Assembly (NCBI GenBank): GCA_018826075.1
Contig: JAHKAJ010000025.1
Location: 37,608 to 101,607 of the forward strand
Reading direction: 5' to 3'
Length of the DNA stretch: 64,000 bases
Source: Candidatus Omnitrophota bacterium
Lineage (GTDB): Bacteria; Omnitrophota; Gorgyraeia; Duberdicusellales; 4484-171
Shown: one piece after another, positions 56,356 through 64,000 of the stretch
Layout: each line of letters opens with the position of its first letter
How positions within the stretch are numbered: position 1 is the stretch's first letter
Translations under genes and position numbers: made by a program
Notes under the pieces: generated by a model
Databases searched by the model: none
Told to the model about the DNA's origin: nothing
What the model saw: only the letters and a program-made list of their open reading frames with translations

Positions 56356-57576
56356 TTAACTAGACAATCTTTTCTTTACGCTTTCAATGTGTTTATTCAT
56401 CCCTTCCAGGCCGGCTATTTTTTCCAAAACCGCCACTTCATCCAGGAGAGCTTTTTTAGTATAGCTGATCACGTGCACCTCTTTTAAAAACTCCCGCACT
56501 GAAAGGCAGGAAAAAAAACGGGCGGTCCCGGCAGTCGGCAAAACATGGCTTGGCCCGGCAGTATAATCACCCAAAGAAACCGGGCTGCTCTCACCCAAAA
56601 ATATCGCTCCGGCATTTCTTATTTTTTTCACCAGGGCTGACGGTTTTCTGGTCAAAATCTCCAAGTGTTCGGGGGCAATCCGGTTTACTGCTTCACAGCC
56701 GGCGTCTAAATTCTTAACCAGCAAAATAAAACCTGGAGTTTTACGCCCGCGCATTTCCATAACTATTTTTTTGGAATTAGTAACCAGAATGCCCAAACCG
56801 CTGCGGTGTTCGATCTGGGCCTCTAAATCAGCCGCTATATAATCGGGATTGGCATCCTTGGAAGCTAAAATCACGATTTCTGAAGGCCCGGCTAACATAT
56901 CAATATCAACTTCGCCGAAAACCTGCCTCTTAGCTTCAGTGACAAATTCATTGCCCGGCCCGATTATCTTATCTACCCTTTTGATCGTCTTGGTACCAAA
57001 AGCAAAAGCAGCTATAGCCTGAGCTCCTCCTACGCGGTAGATCTCCTTGATCTTAAGCAGGGAAGCCATAGCCAGGATAAAAGGGTCTAAATTCTTATCT
57101 TTGCCCGGAGGCGAAGCCAAGACTATTTCTTTAGTCCCGGCCACTATCGCCGGGATTACTGCCATATAGACCGAAGACACTAAAGGCGCTGTTCCGGCCG
57201 GAACATAGACCCCGACTCGTTCCAGCGGCACATAACGACTAAGCAAGGTTTTACCGTTTGAGTCTTTTACCCTGGTAGCTTTAGGGATTTGACGGCGGTA
57301 AAACTTAGTAACATTATCAATAGCTAATTTAAAAGCCGAAATGATCGAAGAGTCCAACTCGTTAAAGGCTGCGCTGATCTCGGTTTCGCTGATCCTTAAG
57401 TCTTTTTGGGATATCTTTACCTTATCGAACTTGCGGGTATATTCCAAAAGAGCGCTATCGCCGCTATCGCGGACATTCCTGATGATTTTTGCCACCCGCT
57501 CATTGACCTTATCTTTACGCAGGCGTTTTTTTCCCAGCAACTTTTCCAAACTGTCTAGATTTCTTACTACTCTCAT
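56356..57576 (-). CDS. hisD: histidinol dehydrogenase
   Basis: HisD family. 406 aa with conserved GPGNxxV and metal-binding His residues. Confidence 0.9.
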   Translation of the reverse strand: MRVVRNLDSLEKLLGKKRLRKDKVNERVAKIIRNVRDSGDSALLEYTRKFDKVKISQKDLRISETEISAAFNELDSSIISAFKLAIDNVTKFYRRQIPKATRVKDSNGKTLLSRYVPLERVGVYVPAGTAPLVSSVYMAVIPAIVAGTKEIVLASPPGKDKNLDPFILAMASLLKIKEIYRVGGAQAIAAFAFGTKTIKRVDKIIGPGNEFVTEAKRQVFGEVDIDMLAGPSEIVILASKDANPDYIAADLEAQIEHRSGLGILVTNSKKIVMEMRGRKTPGFILLVKNLDAGCEAVNRIAPEHLEILTRKPSALVKKIRNAGAIFLGESSPVSLGDYTAGPSHVLPTAGTARFFSCLSVREFLKEVHVISYTKKALLDEVAVLEKIAGLEGMNKHIESVKKRLSS

Positions 57577-60137
57577 AATTTTATAAATTGGTTAAGGGCT
57601 TCTTTTAATTGTTTCAAAAAGCCGTCGCCCCGATTATCTATCGACCCTTGAACTATTTTATCACTTCCTCCACCTCTTAGGGATAATTTTTCTCCAAACT
57701 CAAAAATTAGCTTGCGGCAACTAAAACCCTTGTTGACCAAATCATCTCCGGCTGAGCAAATAAAAATATCTTTACCCTCAACCTTTCTGACCAAAAAGAT
57801 AACTGCCAATTTTATTTTTTGCTTCAGGCTATCTGACAATTTAAGCATAATTTCTTTCTCTTCTTTAATCGAAGACGAACTAACTTCAGTGAAAAGATAT
57901 AAAAAATTAACCCCCTTTATGGCTTCCGGCGCCTTGGATAAAAGCTTCTCTTTCTCTTGATTAACCACCTGGCTGATTTTTGTTTTGTCAGGCTTCTTAG
58001 ACTCTTTCGAGCGCTCTTTCAGCTCCTCTTCCCGGCTCCTGCGAATCTCCCTAACTGCTTGCGCCTTCTTAGCTACCGAGGCTTTAATCCTTCTAATCCC
58101 GCTACTTATCGAAGACTCTGATTCGATCTCAAAATCTTCTATTTCGGCGGTATTGTCAATATGTGTGCCGCCGCATAACTCTTTACTATAGTCAGAAACC
58201 GACACTACTCTTACCCTATCCTGATACTTATCTTTAAAAAAAGCTAAGGCTCCTTCTTTTTTGGCTTGTTGAAGCTTAAGTTCTTTTTTCTCAACCTTAT
58301 CGCCGGCTTTAATAAATTTCCTGACTAAATCTCCTATTTTTTTTCTTTGCTCATCGGTTAATCGGTTAAAGTGTGTAAAATCAAAACGAAAGTTATCTTC
58401 ATCAACCAATGAACCCTGTTGAACAACGTGATCACCTAAAACCTGGCGTAAGGCAGCCTGCAAGAGATGAGTTGCGGTATGTGCCCGTGCTAAAGCCTTT
58501 CGTCTTTTGACGTCGACAATAGCCAAAGCAGCACCTTCTTCTATTTTCCCCTTAGTTACCTTACCTTTATGGACAGTAGCTTGGTTAACTTTAAAAACTC
58601 CTTCAACCTGAAATTCGCCCTGGCTTGATTTAATAATACCCTTATCTGAAAGCTGACCTCCGGCCTCAGGATAGAAGGGAGTCTTATCTAGAACAACCAA
58701 GGTTTCCTCGCCTGAAAAAACACGCTCTATAGTAACTGAAGCTTCTGTGAACTGGTAACCGAGGAATTCGGTTTCTTCGGTTAAATTTAATTCTCCTTTC
58801 TTAAATATGTTTTCATCAAACATGCTTTTCTTGCGGGAACGCTCCTGTTGCTGCTCAAGCAAAAGGTTAAAACCATTTTCATCTATTTTTAAATCCGAGG
58901 CTTTAGCCATTTCTTTAGTAAGCTCAAGCGGCAATCCGTAGGTATCATAAAAACGAAATAAATCTTCGGCGGCTACTGTGTTTTTATCTTTCGCTTTTAG
59001 GCGTTCGGATATTGAAAAAAATTGACGTTTACCCTCTTCTAAGGTCGAAAGAAACTTACCCTCTTCGGCTCGGATAACCTTAGCAATGGTATCGCTTTTA
59101 GCTATAAGCTCTGGGTAAGCATCTTTCATAGCTTCAATAACGCTAGTAGATAAATTATAAAGAAAAGCCTCTTTCTTCCCTAAAAGATTAGCACTCCAGA
59201 GAGCTTTGCGAATAATCTTCCTAATCACATAGCCTCTATCTTCATTTGAAGGATAGACACCGTCAGCAATTGCAAAAGTCGCTGCCCGAACGTGATCAAC
59301 AATGGCACAGATTAAACTCATTGTTCTTTGATCTTGGTTATCGATATTGATAAGCTTTCCTGCAGCTTTGACTATCGGCGCTAAAATATCAATTTCGAAA
59401 TTAGAATTTTTGCCTTGCAAGACGCAAGCCATCCTCTCAAGACCCATACCAGTATCAATATTATTTTGAGGTAAAGGCTCTAATTCATTCTTCCCGATTC
59501 GATTGAACTGAGTAAAAACCAAATTCCAGACTTCAACAAATCGGCCGCAGCTGCAATCAGGATTACAACTCCTCTTGCGGCAGCCGATATCCTTACCCCG
59601 ATCAAAGAATATCTCTGAACAAGGACCGCAAGGCCCGTTAGGGCCTTCTAAAGGAGCATTAGCCGGCCAAAAATTACTCTTCTCCCCCAACTTAACGATT
59701 TTATTTTTATCCAGGCCGATATCTTTCTCCCAGATCTGGTAAGCTTCGCAATCTTTGCGGTACACTGAAACCCATAGATCCTTTTCGGACAGCTTTAACT
59801 CTTGAGTCAGAAATTCCCAGGCAAATTCGATCGTCTCTTTTTTAAAATAATCGCCGAAGGAAAAATTGCCAAGCATCTCAAAAAAAGTATGGTGATAAGG
59901 AGTTTTACCTACATTCTCTAAATCACCGGTGCGCAAACACTTCTGACAACTGGTTGCCCGAGCTACTTCTTTTTTTTCACCTAAAAAGTAAGGTTTAAAC
60001 TGGTTCATTCCGGCCGAAGTAAAAAGAACCGAAGGATCATCAGGGACTAAGCTATCCGAAGGAAAAACTTTGTGGGCTTTAGCCTTAAAAAAATCCAGGT
60101 ATATTTTTCGTAATTGATCGGTCTTAGCTTCTAACAT
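57573..60137 (-). CDS. alaS: alanine--tRNA ligase
   Basis: FTSAGMNQFKPYFLG class II motif, HxxxH editing domain and a C-terminal DHHA1 domain. 854 aa. Confidence 0.95.
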   Translation of the reverse strand: MLEAKTDQLRKIYLDFFKAKAHKVFPSDSLVPDDPSVLFTSAGMNQFKPYFLGEKKEVARATSCQKCLRTGDLENVGKTPYHHTFFEMLGNFSFGDYFKKETIEFAWEFLTQELKLSEKDLWVSVYRKDCEAYQIWEKDIGLDKNKIVKLGEKSNFWPANAPLEGPNGPCGPCSEIFFDRGKDIGCRKRSCNPDCSCGRFVEVWNLVFTQFNRIGKNELEPLPQNNIDTGMGLERMACVLQGKNSNFEIDILAPIVKAAGKLINIDNQDQRTMSLICAIVDHVRAATFAIADGVYPSNEDRGYVIRKIIRKALWSANLLGKKEAFLYNLSTSVIEAMKDAYPELIAKSDTIAKVIRAEEGKFLSTLEEGKRQFFSISERLKAKDKNTVAAEDLFRFYDTYGLPLELTKEMAKASDLKIDENGFNLLLEQQQERSRKKSMFDENIFKKGELNLTEETEFLGYQFTEASVTIERVFSGEETLVVLDKTPFYPEAGGQLSDKGIIKSSQGEFQVEGVFKVNQATVHKGKVTKGKIEEGAALAIVDVKRRKALARAHTATHLLQAALRQVLGDHVVQQGSLVDEDNFRFDFTHFNRLTDEQRKKIGDLVRKFIKAGDKVEKKELKLQQAKKEGALAFFKDKYQDRVRVVSVSDYSKELCGGTHIDNTAEIEDFEIESESSISSGIRRIKASVAKKAQAVREIRRSREEELKERSKESKKPDKTKISQVVNQEKEKLLSKAPEAIKGVNFLYLFTEVSSSSIKEEKEIMLKLSDSLKQKIKLAVIFLVRKVEGKDIFICSAGDDLVNKGFSCRKLIFEFGEKLSLRGGGSDKIVQGSIDNRGDGFLKQLKEALNQFIKL

Positions 60138-60622
60138 GACTCTGATCGGGCTTTATTCAATCGTTTAAAAAAATCACCTTTGGCCAGGCCGGTTTTTTGC
60201 AAAACCAAAATAATATCCTGGTACTGAAAACCCCGGGAAGTCAAAAATCTTAACAGCTTTTGATAGCCGCGCGGCCCCGGACATTTACTTATCTTCTGAT
60301 TGATCAATGCCTCCAGCTTATCTTTAAACGGCCCTTTATTCTCCAGGGCCTCTTGGATAAACTCCGCAGCTACTCCCAGATTTTTAAGCGAGAAATCAAC
60401 CCTTTGCGGGCCCCAGCCTTTAGTCAAAGCGGCAGCAGTAAACGAAACCGCAAACTCCCGATCGTTAAGGAATTTATTTTCTTCTAAATACTGAATAATC
60501 CTCTTGATTACCGACGGGCTGTATTTTTTTCGCTTAAGGCGCTGTTCGATCTCATACTTTGAACGCGCCCGGTATTTAAGCAGCAGGAAAGAATAACTAA
60601 GAGCTTTATTGAAATCCTTCAC
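60131..60622 (-). CDS. recX: recombination regulator RecX
   Basis: Three-helix repeat architecture, 163 aa, downstream of recA in the same orientation (htrA lies between them). Confidence 0.75.
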   Translation of the reverse strand: MKDFNKALSYSFLLLKYRARSKYEIEQRLKRKKYSPSVIKRIIQYLEENKFLNDREFAVSFTAAALTKGWGPQRVDFSLKNLGVAAEFIQEALENKGPFKDKLEALINQKISKCPGPRGYQKLLRFLTSRGFQYQDIILVLQKTGLAKGDFFKRLNKARSESC

Positions 60623-62037
60623 TATTTTTCTTTAAGGACAAAATAGCCTCGGTTAGTCTTTACCAGACAGCTACCCTTTATCTGGGCAACTACCGACTGG
60701 AAATCTTGCTTGTTGTTTATTTTTTTATTCTCGATCTTACTGACAACATCACCGACTGCAAGGCCGCTTTCTTCGGCTGGTGAATTATCTTCAATAGCCA
60801 CTACCACCACACCCTCATTTCCGCTTATCCTGAATCGGTTTTTAAGACTGGTGTCAATATTTTCAACACTCATGCCCCGAAAACTTACTCCGTTGCTGCT
60901 CTCGAAAACTTCCAGCGGCTCGGTATCTTTAGGCATAGTGCCGATTTTTACGGTTGTCGAGATCCTTTTTCCGGAACGCAGTATCTTAAGCGGCACCTGT
61001 TTTCCCACCTCAGCCGAAGAAACCATTCTGGCCAGGTCGCGGCTGGTGGCAACCGGTTTTCCTTCAAATTCAAGGATCAAATCGCCTTCTTTAATATCGC
61101 TTTTTTCAGCCGGAGAATCTTTATAGACTTTAAGGACGATTACTCCTTCTTTTTCTTTGATCTCAAAATAGTTACGCAAATCATCATTTAAATTCTGGAT
61201 GCTAACACCCAACCAGCCATAGAGGATACTTTCGCCCTTAAGCAGCTTGTCTAAAATCTTTTTAGCTTTATTGATCGGGATGGCAAAACCTAAGCCTTGG
61301 TAGCCTCCGGAAGTGGTGATGATCGCCGTGTTTATACCGATGACTTCTCCTTTTAAATTTACCAGAGGGCCGCCGCTGTTACCGGGGTTGATCGCGGCAT
61401 CAGTTTGGATCAAATCGTCATGGCTCTGCTGGCGCTGGTCAAAAGCCGGTAAATACCGATGCAAAGCGCTGACTACTCCTACGGTAACCGTAGGCTCAGG
61501 GTTCTCGATAGCAAAACCAAAAGGATTTCCGATAGCTAAGACCCAGTTGCCTATTTTAAGCTCATCAGAGTTTCCCAACTTTGCTACCGGAAGGCCTTTA
61601 GCTTTTATTTTCACCACTGCTAAATCGCTTTTTTCATCTGCGCCTTTGACTTCAGCGTCAAATTCTCTACCGTCGTAAAGTTTGACTTTTACCTTGCTGG
61701 CTCCGGAGATCACATGTTCATTAGTAAGGATGTAACCGGCTTGGTCAATAATCACCCCGCTGCCCAAACCGATCCGCTTTGACTCACGCTCAGGAAACCC
61801 ACCGAAAAAATCCTCAAAAAAACGCCCAAAAGGATCGCCTTCGGATTCACCGAAAGGTGAACCAAAGTAGATCTTCTTGTTGCTGTTTTCTTTTACTTCA
61901 CTGCTTATAGAAACTACTGATTTGCCAGAGCCTGAGGCTACATCAATGGTCAGTTTTTCTAAAAGCGATAGATCTTGAGCTGAAAGCTGAACTGACAAAA
62001 TAAAACTAGCCAATACCAAAAGTATGATCTTTTTCAT
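60622..62037 (-). CDS. htrA: periplasmic serine endoprotease DegP/HtrA with two PDZ domains
   Basis: Catalytic triad context TNEHVI...D...GNSGGPLVN. Signal peptide present. Confidence 0.85.
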   Translation of the reverse strand: MKKIILLVLASFILSVQLSAQDLSLLEKLTIDVASGSGKSVVSISSEVKENSNKKIYFGSPFGESEGDPFGRFFEDFFGGFPERESKRIGLGSGVIIDQAGYILTNEHVISGASKVKVKLYDGREFDAEVKGADEKSDLAVVKIKAKGLPVAKLGNSDELKIGNWVLAIGNPFGFAIENPEPTVTVGVVSALHRYLPAFDQRQQSHDDLIQTDAAINPGNSGGPLVNLKGEVIGINTAIITTSGGYQGLGFAIPINKAKKILDKLLKGESILYGWLGVSIQNLNDDLRNYFEIKEKEGVIVLKVYKDSPAEKSDIKEGDLILEFEGKPVATSRDLARMVSSAEVGKQVPLKILRSGKRISTTVKIGTMPKDTEPLEVFESSNGVSFRGMSVENIDTSLKNRFRISGNEGVVVVAIEDNSPAEESGLAVGDVVSKIENKKINNKQDFQSVVAQIKGSCLVKTNRGYFVLKEK

Positions 62038-62075
62038 TGCCGCCTCCTTTTAAAATCAACCGGCTTAAAAACTAA

Positions 62076-63080
62076 TCAACTGACAGCTGTGTTTCCCAAA
62101 GCTGTTTCAAGATCCTTGCGCAGGGCCTCGTCTTCCTTCAATAAGGCTCGCAACTGCTCTTTACCCTGGGCTAAGTTTTTATCTTTGTAGGAAAGCCAGC
62201 TTCCGGATTTTTTGATCAATCCGCCATCAATAGCTGCATCGATCAAAGCCCCAATTTTAGAAACTCCTTCGGTATACATAATCTCAAAAATCGCCTCCTT
62301 AAATGGCGCGGCAACTTTATTTTTAACTATTTTAGCCCTGACCCTTATACCGACATTACCTGAATCCGTAGTGATAGTGGCAATCCTTCGCAAATCAATA
62401 CGCATCGAAGAGTAAAATTTTAAAGCCCTTCCTCCGGGAGTGACTTCCGGGGAACCAAACATCACCCCGATCTTCTCGCGCAGCTGGTTGATAAACACCA
62501 CGCAGGATTTAGACTTGCTTATCGCTGCCGTCAGCTTACGCAAAGCCTGGCTCATCAAACGAGCCTGGAGGGCGACTTGTGACTGGCCCATCTCACCTTC
62601 TATTTCAGCTTTAGGCACCAAAGCTGCTACTGAATCGACTACTATCAAATCTACGGCATTCGACCGCACCAAAGCTTCAACGATTTCCAAAGCCTGTTCA
62701 CCGGTATCCGGCTGAGAAATCAAAAGTTCCTCTAACTTTACTCCGATCAAGCGGGCATAATTAGGGTCAAAAGCATGTTCAGCATCAATAAAGGCAGCTA
62801 CCCCGCCGCTAAGCTGGCCTTGGGCGATAATGCTTAAGGTCAAGGTCGTCTTTCCCGAAGATTCCGGGCCGAATATTTCAATCACCCGGCCGCGGGGAAG
62901 CCCACCGACTCCTAAAGCCCGGTCTAAAGAAATTATCCCTGTAGGGATTGATTCTATGTCGAGATGAATGCTTTCACCCAAACGCATAATCGCACCTTTA
63001 CCAAATTGTTTTTCAATTTGAGCCAGAGCTAATTCTAAAGCTTTCTGTTTATTCGCCGACTCGATTTTTTCCTTTGCCAT
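62076..63080 (-). CDS. recA: recombinase RecA
   Basis: GPESSGKTT Walker A and the highly conserved RecA core. Confidence 0.95.
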   Translation of the reverse strand: MAKEKIESANKQKALELALAQIEKQFGKGAIMRLGESIHLDIESIPTGIISLDRALGVGGLPRGRVIEIFGPESSGKTTLTLSIIAQGQLSGGVAAFIDAEHAFDPNYARLIGVKLEELLISQPDTGEQALEIVEALVRSNAVDLIVVDSVAALVPKAEIEGEMGQSQVALQARLMSQALRKLTAAISKSKSCVVFINQLREKIGVMFGSPEVTPGGRALKFYSSMRIDLRRIATITTDSGNVGIRVRAKIVKNKVAAPFKEAIFEIMYTEGVSKIGALIDAAIDGGLIKKSGSWLSYKDKNLAQGKEQLRALLKEDEALRKDLETALGNTAVS

Positions 63081-63141
63081 ATCTTACCTCCTCTGTTAAT
63101 TAACCGATTATACCTTTAGCCACTTTTGCTGTCAAACCGAT

Positions 63142-63756
63142 TCAAAACCGCAGCTCTTTTTTTCCCAATATATTCTTTATGTTCTTCTTGTGCCGCAAAA
63201 CAATAAATAAAAAAAGGGCTAATGACAAAATAATGAACTCCCAGGAAAGCCCGGATTTAAAATAAGCGATAAAAGAAAATATTAAAAACGAAAAAGCGCT
63301 GATCAAAGATGCCAGGGAAACCATTTTGGAAATAAAAAATACCAGCACCCAGATAACGATTGCGCCGATCAAAACCGGAAACAAAGCCGGAAACTTTAAC
63401 CCTAATCCGCAAATCGCCCCAATACTGGTAGCAACTCCTTTTCCGCCTTTAAACTTTAAAAAACAAGTCCAATTATGGCCGATGACCGTGAACAAAGCCG
63501 CTAAAATAAAGAGAGAGGCTCCGGGACTTTTAACTAAAAGCGAAACCATCAGGGGAGCGATAAAACCTTTGAAAAAATCCAGGCTGAATACGAAAATCCC
63601 CCAGTTTTTTCCCAAAACCCGGGTTACGTTAGTAGCGCCGATATTACCGGAACCAAAAGTCCGGATGTCTTTCTTTTTAACCAGGTAAACGGTTATAAAC
63701 CCAAAGGGGATACTTCCTAAAATGTAACTAACGACCAGAGGAATTATTTTTAACAT
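63142..63756 (-). CDS. plsY: glycerol-3-phosphate acyltransferase PlsY
   Basis: SGNIGATN and FKGGKGVAT are PlsY motifs. Confidence 0.9.
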   Translation of the reverse strand: MLKIIPLVVSYILGSIPFGFITVYLVKKKDIRTFGSGNIGATNVTRVLGKNWGIFVFSLDFFKGFIAPLMVSLLVKSPGASLFILAALFTVIGHNWTCFLKFKGGKGVATSIGAICGLGLKFPALFPVLIGAIVIWVLVFFISKMVSLASLISAFSFLIFSFIAYFKSGLSWEFIILSLALFLFIVLRHKKNIKNILGKKELRF

Positions 63757-64000
63757 TTACCGCCTTCACCCCTCTTAAAAAATAATCGATACCGGAAACC
63801 AGCGTAAAGATCACCGCCACCAAGGATATAGAAAAAGAATGAGGCCACCTCAGTAAAATCCAAAGGATGGTAAACATCTGGGAAAAGGTAGTCAATTTAC
63901 CGAAAATAGAAGGGGTGATCGCGACCTCGGCTTTAAGCCGGTTTAAAATTATAACCCCAAAAAAAATAATCAAATCCCGGCTGACCACCACCAAAACAAC
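63728..64000 (-). CDS. CDP-alcohol phosphatidyltransferase (PgsA-like), C-terminal part; N-terminus beyond window
   Basis: Hydrophobic C-terminal segment typical of PgsA. The ORF is open at the window edge. Confidence 0.45.
   Translation of the reverse strand, partial: VVLVVVSRDLIIFFGVIILNRLKAEVAITPSIFGKLTTFSQMFTILWILLRWPHSFSISLVAVIFTLVSGIDYFLRGVKAVNVKNNSSGR

Noticed and set aside
1-64000. CRISPR arrays / rRNA genes
   Set aside because: No regularly spaced direct repeats and no rRNA-like conserved blocks were seen anywhere in the window.

Overview
The window is an AT-rich bacterial chromosome segment with about 75 protein genes, almost all on the minus strand. Only a Na/Pi cotransporter–PhoU pair and rpsU are on the plus strand. 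The host is a diderm, judging from a secretin, an outer-membrane beta-barrel, HtrA and an M48 lipoprotein.

Recognisable content:
- A complete type IVa pilus operon (HTH-pilMN-pilO-pilP-pilQ-pilB-pilC plus two pilins, 14987-22978) ending at a rho-independent terminator.
- A second pilin/pseudopilin cluster (24053-28719) carrying a large cysteine-rich secreted protein. It sits between a lipoate-protein ligase gene and lipA, next to the glycine-cleavage operon gcvT-H-PA-PB.
- addAB, split coaB/coaC, a rib operon (ribBA-ribH-nusB-PHP-ribD), rpsI-rplM, hisD-B-H-A, alaS, recX, htrA, recA, plsY.
- Five tRNAs (His, Arg, Pro, Ser, Leu), a citrate synthase, pyrE, smpB, mazG, a nitroreductase and two PilZ proteins.

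Unusual signals I could see directly:
- Two copies of a 162-bp element with perfect 13-bp terminal inverted repeats (GGGGACAGGTCCC), each abutting a minus-strand stop codon.
- A GIY-YIG nuclease gene inserted next to tRNA-His, flanked by a 26-bp direct repeat of the tRNA 5' end.
- A conserved GC-rich hairpin element immediately before the gcvT and gcvPA start codons; I did not recognise glycine-riboswitch motifs.
- A dispersed palindrome CCACCTACGAGGTGG at lipA/HTH-pilM and at ribD/nitroreductase.
- A 23-bp inverted repeat in the permease/rpsU divergent region.
- A lone pilin plus three hypothetical genes sharing a conserved upstream leader motif, directly downstream of mazG (which lies between them and copy 2 of the 162-bp element).

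No rRNA or CRISPR array was seen.
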